Position numbers and translations under genes: made by a program. Below the pieces are notes generated by a model. That model made no database searches. It saw only the letters and a list, made by a program, of their open reading frames with translations, and was not told the origin of the DNA. DNA of 64,000 nucleotides from Candidatus Omnitrophota bacterium (GTDB lineage Bacteria > Omnitrophota > Gorgyraeia > Duberdicusellales > Duberdicusellaceae): positions 10,418 through 74,417 of the forward strand of contig JAGGWS010000038.1 of the NCBI GenBank assembly GCA_021163425.1, written 5' to 3'. Of the stretch, positions 31,345 to 41,420 are shown piece after piece; position 1 is the stretch's first letter, and each line of letters opens with the position of its first letter.

Positions 31345-32889
31345 TCATTCCCACTCAATAGTACTGGGTGGTTTAGAAGAAATATCATAAACTACCCTGT
31401 TTACCCCTTTTACCTCATTTATAATCCGATTGGAGATCTTTTCTAATAATTCATAAGGAAGGTGAGCCCAGGAAGCAGTCATTGCATCCTGACTTTCTAC
31501 AGCTCTTATAGCTATAACATTCTCATAAGTTCTCTCATCACCCATAACCCCCACACTCTTAACTGGCAAAAATACACAGAAACTCTGCCAGAGTTTTTCG
31601 TAAAACTTTGCCTTCTTAATCTCTTCAATAAGAATAGCGTCGGCTTCTCTTAAAATATCTAACTTTTCTTTATCCACCTCTCCAATTACTCTAACTGCTA
31701 ACCCTGGACCAGGAAAAGGATGACGGAAAACTACTTCCTCTGGCAACCCCAGCTCTCTTCCCAAAGCCCTTACCTCATCTTTAAATAAAAATTTAAAAGG
31801 TTCTATAAGTTTAAATCCCAATTTTTCGGGAAGCCCTCCTACATTATGGTGGGTCTTTATGGTAGATGAGGGTCCTCCCCAAGCAGATTTAGATTCAATC
31901 ACATCCGGATACAAAGTTCCCTGAGCTAAAAACTTAATTTTACCCAGCTTCTTTGCCTCTTTCTCAAAAACCTTTATAAAAAGATTACCTATTATCTTCC
32001 TCTTTTTTTCAGGGTCAATCACTCCTTTTAAATTCTTCAGGAATAAATCTTCTGCTCTTACTACTTTTAAATTCATCCGGTAATAATTCTTAAACCTCCT
32101 TACCACAGTTTCTCTTTCTCCCTTTCTCAACAAACCATTATCAATAAATATACAGATAAGTTGTTTCCTGATTGCCTTATGAAGTAAGACCGCCAAAACT
32201 GAGGAATCTACTCCTCCGCTTAAAGCGCACAAGACTCTTTCTTTACCAACAGCTCCCCGAATCTCTTTAATTTTAGTCTTTATAAAAGAACTCATCGTCC
32301 AGCTCTTTTTACAACCAGAAATACCCACAACAAAGTTTTCTAAAATCTTTTCACCTTTAGGAGTGTGGACAACTTCAGGATGGAACTGAACTCCGTAAAG
32401 TTTTTTCTTCCTGTTTTCAATCCCGGCATAAAGAGAATTATCTGTTGAGCTAATTACTGAGAAACCTTCAGGTAGCTTAGTAATTTTATCAGCATGACTC
32501 ATCCAGACCACTTCCTGAGAATTTAAGCCCTTAAAAAGGGTTCTTTTTGATTTTACCCTCAAGATAGCTTTACCGTACTCATGGGCTTTTGCTCTTTCAA
32601 CCTCTCCTCCCAAAAGTTTAGCCATAAGTTGAGCTCCATAACATATTCCTAAAACTGGTATACCCAGATTAAAAATATCCCTATCACAAACAGGAGCTGT
32701 TCTTAAAGTTAAACTGGCTGGGCCTCCGGAAAGAATTATAGCTTTAGGATTCCTTTCCCTAAGTTCAGAAGGGGTGATACGGAAATCTACAATCTCCGAA
32801 TACACCCCCAACTCCCTTATCCGGCGAGCAATAAGGTGAGTATATTGAGAACCTAAATCTAAGATAGCCACCCAATCTCTATGCCACAT
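31345..32889 (-). CDS. guaA: GMP synthase (glutamine-hydrolysing)
   Basis: [34 protein letters not shown]. Confidence 0.97.
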   Translation of the reverse strand: MWHRDWVAILDLGSQYTHLIARRIRELGVYSEIVDFRITPSELRERNPKAIILSGGPASLTLRTAPVCDRDIFNLGIPVLGICYGAQLMAKLLGGEVERAKAHEYGKAILRVKSKRTLFKGLNSQEVVWMSHADKITKLPEGFSVISSTDNSLYAGIENRKKKLYGVQFHPEVVHTPKGEKILENFVVGISGCKKSWTMSSFIKTKIKEIRGAVGKERVLCALSGGVDSSVLAVLLHKAIRKQLICIFIDNGLLRKGERETVVRRFKNYYRMNLKVVRAEDLFLKNLKGVIDPEKKRKIIGNLFIKVFEKEAKKLGKIKFLAQGTLYPDVIESKSAWGGPSSTIKTHHNVGGLPEKLGFKLIEPFKFLFKDEVRALGRELGLPEEVVFRHPFPGPGLAVRVIGEVDKEKLDILREADAILIEEIKKAKFYEKLWQSFCVFLPVKSVGVMGDERTYENVIAIRAVESQDAMTASWAHLPYELLEKISNRIINEVKGVNRVVYDISSKPPSTIEWE

Positions 32890-34036
32890 TCTTGTTTGAA
32901 ACTGAAATGTTACTTACTTGTTCAGCCAAAATAACTGCTTCAGAAACCTCTTTCATACTCTTTCTCAAATCCATACTCTTCTTCTGAAGAATGCGGTAAG
33001 CTTCTTCCTCTCCTACCTTTAGCTTCCTTATCAAGATTCCTTTTGCCCGTTCTATAAGTTTTCTGACTTCTAAAGCCTCTTTAGAAGCAAGAAGTTCTGC
33101 AGATAAATTGGTATTCTCAATAGCCACTGCTGATTGATTAGCCACAGCTAAAAGAGTAGCTATCTCCTCAGAAGTAAAGATGTGGGGGGAGTCAGTATAT
33201 AAATTAATTACCCCAATAGCCCTATCTTTTATCATCATTGGCACAGAAAGCATAGAGATTATCCCTTCCCTTCTGGCAATTTCCGGATACATATAACCAG
33301 GTTCTTTAGTTACATCTAAAACAGTAATTGGCCTCTTCTCTTTAACCACCTTCCCGCTTATAGATTGACCAACTTTTAAATTGGGCTTATTCCGATATAA
33401 AGGGCTTAAACTCTGAGTAGCTACTATGAATAACTCCTCTTTCTCTTCATCTAAAAGCATTACCGAACATATCTTAGAATTTAAAACCTGGCTGGTCAAC
33501 ACTACTATTAAATCTAAGATTTCTTTAAGATAGCGGTTAGAAACAACTGTAGAGCTTACTTCCGAAAGAAGGCTGAGTCTTTCTTCTTTCTTTCTTAAAC
33601 TATCTTCAGCTTGCTTATTCTTTATCCCCAGAGCTAAAAATTTAACCCCTGCTTCTAATATCTTCCTCTTTTTAAGAGACAATTTCTTAGTCTCTTTCTC
33701 CACAACAACTAACTTCCCTATTTCCTTACCATATAATTTAATTGACAAAGAAGAAAGAGAAAAGAGAGTATTCTTAACTTTCACTCTCTTAATTTTAAAA
33801 ATCTCTTTAGACTCAGCCTTCTCTTCAAGCCAGGAAAACTCAGAAGGAAAACTTTCAGGATAAATCAGCTTAAGCTGAAAAGACTCAGAAGAAAGATAAA
33901 CAAGAAAAAGAAAGTCTCTCGATAGCTCAGAAAAAATCTTAAAAGATTTTTTAAAAATAGCTTCTTTGTCCTTAACTGAAGATAAAGCACTGGCTAATCT
34001 TACTAACAGCTCCTCCTTCATAAGCTTATTTATCAT
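32879..34036 (-). CDS. GAF + ANTAR domain RNA-binding regulator
   Basis: Degenerate N-terminal GAF-like region, clear GAF (SMLSVPM..K...IGVINLY), C-terminal ANTAR ([11 protein letters not shown]...EEEAY..LQK.SM..RKSM.EV). Confidence 0.88.
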   Translation of the reverse strand: MINKLMKEELLVRLASALSSVKDKEAIFKKSFKIFSELSRDFLFLVYLSSESFQLKLIYPESFPSEFSWLEEKAESKEIFKIKRVKVKNTLFSLSSLSIKLYGKEIGKLVVVEKETKKLSLKKRKILEAGVKFLALGIKNKQAEDSLRKKEERLSLLSEVSSTVVSNRYLKEILDLIVVLTSQVLNSKICSVMLLDEEKEELFIVATQSLSPLYRNKPNLKVGQSISGKVVKEKRPITVLDVTKEPGYMYPEIARREGIISMLSVPMMIKDRAIGVINLYTDSPHIFTSEEIATLLAVANQSAVAIENTNLSAELLASKEALEVRKLIERAKGILIRKLKVGEEEAYRILQKKSMDLRKSMKEVSEAVILAEQVSNISVSNKNVA

Positions 34037-34124
34037 ACCATATTTTTCAAAAAATTAAATTTTTTTATTGTTAAATTATATCTTTTTCTGTTAAAATAAT
34101 TTAAAGCAGAAAGGAGGAGGAATA

Positions 34125-34439
34125 ATGGTTAAAAAAACAGAGATACAGCAAGTTTTAAAGAAACTCTGGCAAACTTCTCAGAAAGACTTTGAAAAACTAA
34201 CTAAAGAAACTTCCCAGCTCCTGAAAAAAGGTGAAAAAGCTCTAAAAGAAGCATCATTAAAAAGTAAAGAAAAATTAGAATTAGTGAGCTTAGCCCTAAA
34301 AAGAGAAAAACTCTATTATCAACTGGGAAAAACTCTCTCCACGCTTTCTAAAAGCAACTGGGTAAAAAGCAAAAAAGTAGAATCTCTAATTAAAGAAATA
34401 ACTAATCTTACCAAACAAATAAAAAGACTCAAAAAATAA
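34125..34439 (+). CDS. Hypothetical basic coiled-coil protein
   Basis: Strong RBS (AAGGAGGAGG) before ATG; 104 aa, helical and Lys-rich; divergent from the ANTAR gene. Confidence 0.75.
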   Translation: MVKKTEIQQVLKKLWQTSQKDFEKLTKETSQLLKKGEKALKEASLKSKEKLELVSLALKREKLYYQLGKTLSTLSKSNWVKSKKVESLIKEITNLTKQIKRLKK

Positions 34440-34440
34440 C

Positions 34441-35856
34441 CTAAATCTTCAGAGAAAAATATAAGGCTTTATCTTCCAAGGTTTTAAAAGTAGCGTAACT
34501 TATTTTTCTTAGAGTGGATAAATTTTCTAAAGCTCTTTCTTCTGATAAAAACTTACTCTCTACTTTCTCTCTAAAAGGTGGAACAATTAAATAGAGGCTC
34601 TTTTCATCTTTAAAAGCAGATTGATAAGAATGGTGATTCCAATCACTCCCTAAAAATAAAGAAAAAACCTTATCAGGAAATTCCTGGGAAAAGTAATTTT
34701 TTAACTTTTCTGTAAGTCCTTTTGAAGGCCAAAAATAGAGTATACAATCTACAAATTCTAATTCTTTAAAAGGAGGATTATTTATTCTATCTTTAAGGTC
34801 ATCTAAACTTAATAATGGAGGCTGAGGAAAATCTTCTCTTAAATTCTTCAATTCTTTCTTATAAACTTCTACATAAGGCTGACTTACAAAATTTATCTTC
34901 TTATAGTAAGAAAGGAATGCAATAAATAGTTGAAGATAATACATTAAACCTGCTAAATACTCAAATTTTCCTTCTATATTAAGCCCAGTATCTAAAGAAA
35001 TAAAATCTTTAAGGAAGACTTTAGAACTTTCCACAATTGTCTTAATCCAAAAACTATCTTTTGAACCTAAACTCTCCTGAAAAAGCTGTCTTATCCAGTT
35101 AGAAAGTCCTGAAGAATTGCTCCTGTTAATTCCTAAAAAAATCTTAAGTTCATCTTTAAGCTCTACTTTTTCTACTTCCTCCCAGGCTTTATCTATAAGG
35201 TAATTTCGGTAAGCTGTATAATTAGTCCAGAAATTTTTAAGCTTCTCTAAGTCTTTTCCAAAAATAAGGAACAAAGGAATAAGAAATATTAAAGTATGGG
35301 GGCAACTGAACCTTCCTCCAATATCTTCCCCAGAATTTACTTGAATAGAAAGACGTCTTATTCTCTGCCAGGTTAGCTTGTCTAATATTTCAAAAGAAGA
35401 AGGGTCAGAAAGCCACAAAAAATTATCCTCATTATTAAAAAAATCTCTTAAAGTTCTGGAAATAAGCTGAGTCTCTAAAGTAGTAGCGGATTTACTTATA
35501 GAAATAACCAGAGCTTTAGAAGGATTTTTAATTTGAGAAAGGACTTCTTCTATTGCCTGAGGGTCTAAGCTATCTAAGGTATAGAATTTTTTTCTTTCTT
35601 CTAAACTAATCAAAGCCTTAATCCCATTTATTGAACCACCCATCCCTACAAAAATAAATTCTTCTTTATCCTTTGCTACTTCTAAAAATTTAGAAAGAGC
35701 TTTCTCAATTAAAGAGAAATCTGGAGGGATAAACCAGCCTAAACGGGGTTTATCCTGGTCAAACCCAATCTCTCCAAAAATATTCTCTGAACTTAAAGAA
35801 GATTTCTCTGAAAACGCTGCTTCTTTTAAAAAACCTAAAATTTCTTCCTTATTCAT
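34441..35856 (-). CDS. Divergent glucose-6-phosphate isomerase-like SIS protein
   Basis: [32 protein letters not shown] motifs. Confidence 0.7.
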   Translation of the reverse strand: MNKEEILGFLKEAAFSEKSSLSSENIFGEIGFDQDKPRLGWFIPPDFSLIEKALSKFLEVAKDKEEFIFVGMGGSINGIKALISLEERKKFYTLDSLDPQAIEEVLSQIKNPSKALVISISKSATTLETQLISRTLRDFFNNEDNFLWLSDPSSFEILDKLTWQRIRRLSIQVNSGEDIGGRFSCPHTLIFLIPLFLIFGKDLEKLKNFWTNYTAYRNYLIDKAWEEVEKVELKDELKIFLGINRSNSSGLSNWIRQLFQESLGSKDSFWIKTIVESSKVFLKDFISLDTGLNIEGKFEYLAGLMYYLQLFIAFLSYYKKINFVSQPYVEVYKKELKNLREDFPQPPLLSLDDLKDRINNPPFKELEFVDCILYFWPSKGLTEKLKNYFSQEFPDKVFSLFLGSDWNHHSYQSAFKDEKSLYLIVPPFREKVESKFLSEERALENLSTLRKISYATFKTLEDKALYFSLKI

Positions 35857-36626
35857 TTTAACTTTTTAATGATTTCTGAAGCTGCCTTTTTTCCCGAAAG
35901 AAGCATCCCTCCAAATATAGGCCCCATCCGGGGAGAACCAAATACAGCATTAGCTGCCATTCCACAAACATATAAACCCGGACAAACCTCTTTAGTATTT
36001 TTAAGAATAGTAGTCTCAGCAACTTCAGCCCACATAGATTTTTCTCCTAAAATTTTTCCTGTAGAAGTCTTAAGTTTAATATCTGCCTTTTTCTCTGCCA
36101 CTCTTACTACTTCTGCAGCATGGCCTGTAGCATCCACTACATACTTTGCTCTTAAAGTTAAAGGGTCTACATCTAAATTAGCCAATTCCACTGCAGTCCA
36201 GTTTAAAACCAGACCACAAACCCTATTTTTCCTTATTAAAACATCTTCAGCCGATATTAAATTGAAAATCTTAACTCCTGCTTGCATACATCTATAACCC
36301 AAACCACAAACAGCCTCTATTGCCTCAGCCAAGTAATAGTCCTCTTTATAAGGGTGAGTGGCTATTCTCAACTCATCTAATATAAGTCTGGCTTTCTTTT
36401 GAACTACAATCTCGTTAAACATCATACCCCCACCCCACATACCTCCTCCTATAGAAAGCTTCCTCTCCAGTAAAACAATACTCCTTTTAGCTTTAGCTAA
36501 ATAGTAAGCACAGCTAAGCCCTGAAGGCCCTCCTCCCACTATAGCTACATCTACATCCAGAACTTTTAGAAGTTTTTTCTTATAAGAATTAATAATTGCT
36601 TGAGAGATTTTTATCTCATCTAACAT
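35853..36626 (-). CDS. thi4: Non-Cys (sulfide-dependent type) THI4 thiazole synthase
   Basis: [16 protein letters not shown], x[21 protein letters not shown]. Confidence 0.92.
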   Translation of the reverse strand: MLDEIKISQAIINSYKKKLLKVLDVDVAIVGGGPSGLSCAYYLAKAKRSIVLLERKLSIGGGMWGGGMMFNEIVVQKKARLILDELRIATHPYKEDYYLAEAIEAVCGLGYRCMQAGVKIFNLISAEDVLIRKNRVCGLVLNWTAVELANLDVDPLTLRAKYVVDATGHAAEVVRVAEKKADIKLKTSTGKILGEKSMWAEVAETTILKNTKEVCPGLYVCGMAANAVFGSPRMGPIFGGMLLSGKKAASEIIKKLK

Positions 36627-36642
36627 CCTAACCCCCCTTTAT

Positions 36643-38046
36643 TTACTTATACCAAGGTAAAAGATAAAATACCACAAAACTTAAAAAAAGTAAAAGAATT
36701 GTCGAAGAAAAACCAAAAATCAACCACCTTCTTAATCCTATCTTAGTAGCCTTTTCTTTTTCCAGAATCCCCAAAGCCACGATGTTGGCAGTTGAACCAA
36801 TGTGAGTAAAATTTCCTCCCAAACAGGCTCCATACAAAAGAGCCCACCAACAAACTCCCGAAAACTCCGGATGAAAAACTAAAACTTCCTTTATTATTGG
36901 GATAAAGGCAGCCACTACCACTACATTATCTACTAACCCTGAAAATAAAGAAGCAAAGAGAATAACTGCTATTATAAAAATCATTCTGTTGCCGGCTATA
37001 ATATTGTAGAAACAGGAAGCAAAAGCTTTAGCTACGCCGGTATGCTGAAGAACCCCTGCTTGAGCAAAAAGAAATAGAAAGAAAAGAATAGTCCACCATT
37101 CCACATCTCTCTCTATATAGAGACGGGCTTTCTTCCTCCTCCAGATAATTAAAATTCCTGAAATTACTAAAGGAGAGATTAAGAGAATGGTATTTTCTTT
37201 AAGGCCTAATAATAATTCTATCCGGTAATGAAAAGCAATTATCAAGATTGTAGATATAAAAAAGAGCATACTTACTTTTAAATTAAAATCAGCAGGAATT
37301 ATAACTAATTGGGAGAACATTTCTGAAGGCCCAAATTTTTTAATTTGTCTGTCTAAAAGTTTAAGGTGCTTTCTAAATAGGAATAAAGATACAAAGTAAA
37401 ATAAAAATAATAAGACTATCATTAAGATAAAAGAATGTTTCAAAAAATCCTCAAAATGAAGACCAACTTTTGTAGCTATAAGGATACCTACAGGATTGCC
37501 CAATACTGTACCTGTAGAACCAATATTTGTAGCTAAAACAGCTATTAAAACATAAGGCCAGGGTTCTACTTCAAAGTAGTCAGCTATACTAAAGATAAAG
37601 ACTATTATAAAGATTATTGAAGAAACCTCACCCATAAGACAGGAAGATATAGCTGAAAGAAAAATTATTATAAAAAGAAGTTTCTTAGCTGTGAAGGCTT
37701 TAATTTTCAACAATTTAGAAAGAGACCAGTCAAAAAAACCCATCTCTTTCAAATTTCCCAAGAGAATCATCATCCCGATAAGAAAAAGGATAATCTCTAA
37801 AGAAGAAAAAAATAGAAACTTTTCTAAATCCACTATCTTAAAAATGATAAGTAAAGCTGAGCCTAAGAGAGCAAAACTCAGTCGAAACTCCCAAAAAAGC
37901 AAAGCCCCCATTACTGAAAGGATAAACACTACTAAAGAAAAACCTTGAGAGAAAGAAAAATTAAATAAGGAATAACTCCCGTAACCAGTTAATAGGGCAA
38001 ACCCTAAAAGAAAAAGATATTTTAAGAAAAGTTCTTTTCTATGCAT
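36643..38046 (-). CDS. ArsB/NhaD/SLC13-family ion transporter
   Basis: Many TM helices, ATNIGS.GT.LGNP, VDNV, GACLGGN.T.IGSTANIVA. Confidence 0.85.
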   Translation of the reverse strand: MHRKELFLKYLFLLGFALLTGYGSYSLFNFSFSQGFSLVVFILSVMGALLFWEFRLSFALLGSALLIIFKIVDLEKFLFFSSLEIILFLIGMMILLGNLKEMGFFDWSLSKLLKIKAFTAKKLLFIIIFLSAISSCLMGEVSSIIFIIVFIFSIADYFEVEPWPYVLIAVLATNIGSTGTVLGNPVGILIATKVGLHFEDFLKHSFILMIVLLFLFYFVSLFLFRKHLKLLDRQIKKFGPSEMFSQLVIIPADFNLKVSMLFFISTILIIAFHYRIELLLGLKENTILLISPLVISGILIIWRRKKARLYIERDVEWWTILFFLFLFAQAGVLQHTGVAKAFASCFYNIIAGNRMIFIIAVILFASLFSGLVDNVVVVAAFIPIIKEVLVFHPEFSGVCWWALLYGACLGGNFTHIGSTANIVALGILEKEKATKIGLRRWLIFGFSSTILLLFLSFVVFYLLPWYK

Positions 38047-38755
38047 CTTTATTTAATAGTTTCTTAAACTTTAAAGCAGACTCTTTCATATAAATATTAT
38101 TAAAAAGAATGTAAGAAGGCCTATCTAAAATAGCTTTTAACTCTTTTAGTTCTTTCAAAGTGTATTTATAATTATAACTTCCTTTACCGTGAAGCCGAAA
38201 ATAATAAAACTCACAGTCTAAGGGCTTCTTCTTGAAAGGGTCAATCCCGATAATTAAATGTAAGTCTTTATAAATCTTCTTTAAGGTCAGGTAAGAAAAA
38301 TTTGCTCTCTCCTCCCAAACAAATTTTAAATTATCTCTTTCTATCTTAGTAAAAAATTTGTAAAGATTATCGATATTCTCCTTATTCTCCTTAAAACTGG
38401 GGGGAGTTTGAAAAACTACTACTTTTACTTTTAAAATTTTGGCTATCTTAAAAATTCTCTCCCAAGCAGAAAATACTTCCTTACTACCTTTAAAAAATCC
38501 ATAATTTTCTCTTCTGCCGATATTTTCTTTAAGTCTTCGGTAAGTAGGTAAGTTAGCAGGGTGAGTGATTATCTGCCAAGCTTTGAGAGTAAATTCAAAA
38601 TGCTGGGGAGCAAGTCTTCTTAATTTCTCTGCTGAAGAAAATTTCTGAGGAGGCTGATAGAAGGTATTTTGAAGCTCTACTAAGTTGAATTTTTCAAAAT
38701 ACTTCTCTCTCATTAAACAAAACCCACAACAGCCAACTTTTATATTTTTTCTCAT
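38039..38755 (-). CDS. DUF72 family protein
   Basis: KVGCCGF, VELQ.TFY, F..KAWQ.ITH, FQTP.SF, YFRLHG, FNN. Likely start ATG 38755 (MRKNIK). Confidence 0.85.
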   Translation of the reverse strand: MRKNIKVGCCGFCLMREKYFEKFNLVELQNTFYQPPQKFSSAEKLRRLAPQHFEFTLKAWQIITHPANLPTYRRLKENIGRRENYGFFKGSKEVFSAWERIFKIAKILKVKVVVFQTPPSFKENKENIDNLYKFFTKIERDNLKFVWEERANFSYLTLKKIYKDLHLIIGIDPFKKKPLDCEFYYFRLHGKGSYNYKYTLKELKELKAILDRPSYILFNNIYMKESALKFKKLLNKDA

Positions 38756-38970
38756 ATTTTTTAGAATTATACCACATAACATGATAAAATATTAGAAAAA
38801 AATGGAATAAAACCTTAATAAAAAGCGTCTAATAGTATGGTGGAAAGAAAAGATAAAGAGATTTTAAAACTTTATTAAAATAAACCTGCTTTTAACAGAA
38901 TATCCTGAATTAGCAAACCTCTCCTCCCTAGACTTCTTTGAGTGACTATTTTACTCCCCCTTTAAGAGAA

Positions 38971-39642
38971 TTAAAAAGCAGAAATCTGATGAGCTATTCT
39001 TAAAATCTCAGGCATTCTGAATTTGCCTAAGAGAGGTAATAAAACATTTAAACAATCCTTAATAGTTAATAAATTACCAGGAGAAATAAATAAAGGTCTG
39101 GTATTATCTTTTGTTCTTAAGACTATACCTATTTTCTCTTTAGTCTGGGGATGATAGATAAAAGAAAAACTCCCCCTTCTTAAAGGAAGTTGCTTATAAT
39201 AACCATAAAGATTAGTTTTACTTACCCCTAAAGAGGGAATATTTAAAACTAATCCTACCTGAGAAGCTAGACCCACACCCTGAGGATGAGCTATTCCCTG
39301 AGCGTCTAAGATTAGTAAATCAGGTTTATTTTTTAAAGAGTAAAAAAGTTCAATTATTACTGGGCCCTCTCTGAAAGCAAATAATCCCGGAATATAAGGA
39401 AACCTTGTTTTTCTTATTAAAGACTTTTCTTCTAATACTTTTTTACTCTTAAAGTCTATAACTGCTGCTCCTCCTTTAATAAGTCCTTCTTTAAAACTGG
39501 CATCAAAACCAGCAATTTTTTCAATCTTTCTCTCTAAAGGTTCTATCTTCAGCTTTCTTCTTAATTCTTCTTGAATTTTTAAGGCTTCTTCTAAATTTTT
39601 AGGAGAAAAATAGTTTTTGATGAGATAACTACTTCTTTTCAC
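38971..39642 (-). CDS. nfi: Endonuclease V
   Basis: AGFD, FPYIPGL.AFRE, D.QG.AHP...GLAS, GVSK, ISPG. Confidence 0.9.
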   Translation of the reverse strand: MKRSSYLIKNYFSPKNLEEALKIQEELRRKLKIEPLERKIEKIAGFDASFKEGLIKGGAAVIDFKSKKVLEEKSLIRKTRFPYIPGLFAFREGPVIIELFYSLKNKPDLLILDAQGIAHPQGVGLASQVGLVLNIPSLGVSKTNLYGYYKQLPLRRGSFSFIYHPQTKEKIGIVLRTKDNTRPLFISPGNLLTIKDCLNVLLPLLGKFRMPEILRIAHQISAF

Positions 39643-39647
39643 CTAAA

Positions 39648-39863
39648 TTAGAGAAGAATTAATAGTAAAAACGCTATTATCACTATAATACTTACCCAGA
39701 TTATCCATCTGGGTCTCTCAACTAAAGAATTTCCGCAGTAAAGGCAGGAGAGAGAATTTTGAGGGATAGGTTTTTTACAATGTGGACACTGTTTAAGGTT
39801 ATCAAAATCTAAATCCTCAGGCTGTTCATCTACAGTCTGAAAATCAAAATAATCCTCACTCAT
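39648..39863 (-). CDS. Small zinc-ribbon protein with C-terminal TM helix
   Basis: CPHC...CLYCG followed by a hydrophobic tail. Confidence 0.7.
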   Translation of the reverse strand: MSEDYFDFQTVDEQPEDLDFDNLKQCPHCKKPIPQNSLSCLYCGNSLVERPRWIIWVSIIVIIAFLLLILL

Positions 39864-39865
39864 AG

Positions 39866-40195
39866 CTATTCCGATTTAATTACTCTATCAACCGGAAGAG
39901 TAAAGATAATTCCTGCTCCCGGCTTAGTAAAATCAATGCCTTCCTTTAATAAAAGTTTATTTAACTCTGAAAGAACCCCAGGGTTGTCTATCACTGCTAA
40001 GATAGTCCGATTAGCCTTTCTTTTTTCACCTACCAGTTGTCTTAACCCAGCAAATATAGGAACTTCATAAGCTAAAAAGTGACCTAAACCTTCACTCTCT
40101 AAAATAGTAGCTCTACCAATACCTGCTTCTACTAGCAAAGAAACAACTCTCTCAAAATATTCTTCTTTACTAATGATAATAACTAATAACTCCAT
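39866..40195 (-). CDS. PII-like (GlnB-fold) protein
   Basis: 109 aa; GI.RATILESEGLG and C-terminal GIIFTLPV resemble PII-like families; lacks canonical GlnB T-loop. Confidence 0.7.
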   Translation of the reverse strand: MELLVIIISKEEYFERVVSLLVEAGIGRATILESEGLGHFLAYEVPIFAGLRQLVGEKRKANRTILAVIDNPGVLSELNKLLLKEGIDFTKPGAGIIFTLPVDRVIKSE

Positions 40196-40210
40196 CTCTC
40201 CCCCTCCTTA

Positions 40211-41410
40211 TTATAGATTTATTTCTCTACTCTTCAATAGAGAGAAACGGGTAGCTAAAGCTCCCAGAGTCTCAGTAAAAATAGTAGTAAATAAAAGAAT
40301 ATTTATTGCCAGATTAGAAATAAGAACTCCTTCTTTACCTAAAGAAGAAAAGTCTCTTTCAATAACAATGGCTAAGGCTAAAGCCACCCCTATCTGGGGC
40401 CAAAGGCAAAACCCTATATACTTTCTGATATTTAAACCAGCTCCCCCTATTTTTGCTCCTAACCTTGCTCCTAAATACTTACCCAGAATCCGGAAAAAGA
40501 GATACACAAAACCTAAAAAGCCAATCTGAGAAATTAAGTGAATATCCAAACGAGTAGAAGCCAAGCAGAAAAAACTGGCAATTATGGGAAATCCTGCTAT
40601 ATTCAAACTTCCCAGACTTTGTTCAACTTTACGAAAAGAAAGATTTACTCCTACCATAGCCATAACCATAACCACCAGAAGTTCAGAAAGATTAAACTCC
40701 CAGCTTAAACCTTCTCCTATCAAAAGAAACCCTACAATTAAAGAAAAATAATCCTGCCTCTCCTTACATTTATTTAAAAGATAACTTAAAACTATTCCTA
40801 AACCTGCTCCTAAAATTAGAGAGAGAGAAATTTCCTTAAAAGGATAAATAATTGCCTGTTTAAAAGAAATACCCTGATGGGCCATAAAACTATAGGCTAT
40901 AGAAGAAGCAAAAGCATAAATTATCAAAGCTATAGCATCGTCACTACCTACAACTCCTAACAAAGTAGAAGTAAGCTCACCTCTTGCTCTATACTGGTTT
41001 ACCACTGCCACAGTGACTGCAGGAGCAGTAGCTGAAGCTACAGCTCCTAAAATTAAACCTAAATATAACTTATGAGTTAAAAGAGAAACTGATAAAAAAA
41101 CTAAAAAGAATGCTCCTAAAGACTCAAATAAAGCTATTAGAATAATAAGCTTACCCAAGTTTCTTAATCTAGTGAAATTAAATTCTGCTCCTATAAGAAA
41201 AGCAATTACTCCTAAAGCTAAGTCATTTATAAGAGAAGCTCTCTCTACTACCTGAGGAGTTAATATCTTTAAAAAAGATTTGCCCAGAATTATTCCAGCC
41301 AAAACATAACCAATAACTACTGGGAGCTTAAACCGGTTCAAAGACTTCCCGGCCCACAGAGAAATAACTATTGCCGAACCAATTACTAAAAGAATGCTTA
41401 CATCTTCCAT
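40211..41410 (-). CDS. Cation:proton antiporter (Na_H_Exchanger domain only)
   Basis: About 12 TM helices; ATAPA, GxDD, PQIGVA.ALA. Confidence 0.88.
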   Translation of the reverse strand: MEDVSILLVIGSAIVISLWAGKSLNRFKLPVVIGYVLAGIILGKSFLKILTPQVVERASLINDLALGVIAFLIGAEFNFTRLRNLGKLIILIALFESLGAFFLVFLSVSLLTHKLYLGLILGAVASATAPAVTVAVVNQYRARGELTSTLLGVVGSDDAIALIIYAFASSIAYSFMAHQGISFKQAIIYPFKEISLSLILGAGLGIVLSYLLNKCKERQDYFSLIVGFLLIGEGLSWEFNLSELLVVMVMAMVGVNLSFRKVEQSLGSLNIAGFPIIASFFCLASTRLDIHLISQIGFLGFVYLFFRILGKYLGARLGAKIGGAGLNIRKYIGFCLWPQIGVALALAIVIERDFSSLGKEGVLISNLAINILLFTTIFTETLGALATRFSLLKSREINL

Positions 41411-41420
41411 TGTCGGTAAT

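Noticed and set aside
36627-36642. TPP riboswitch upstream of thi4 (or thiL)
   Set aside because: Only 16 bp separate thi4 from the upstream gene, thiL overlaps mtnA, and no TPP aptamer motif was seen.
38783-38970. Possible decayed gene between DUF72 and nfi (RBS-like AGGGGGAG with no start codon)
   Set aside because: No recognisable protein motif in any frame; too weak to call.
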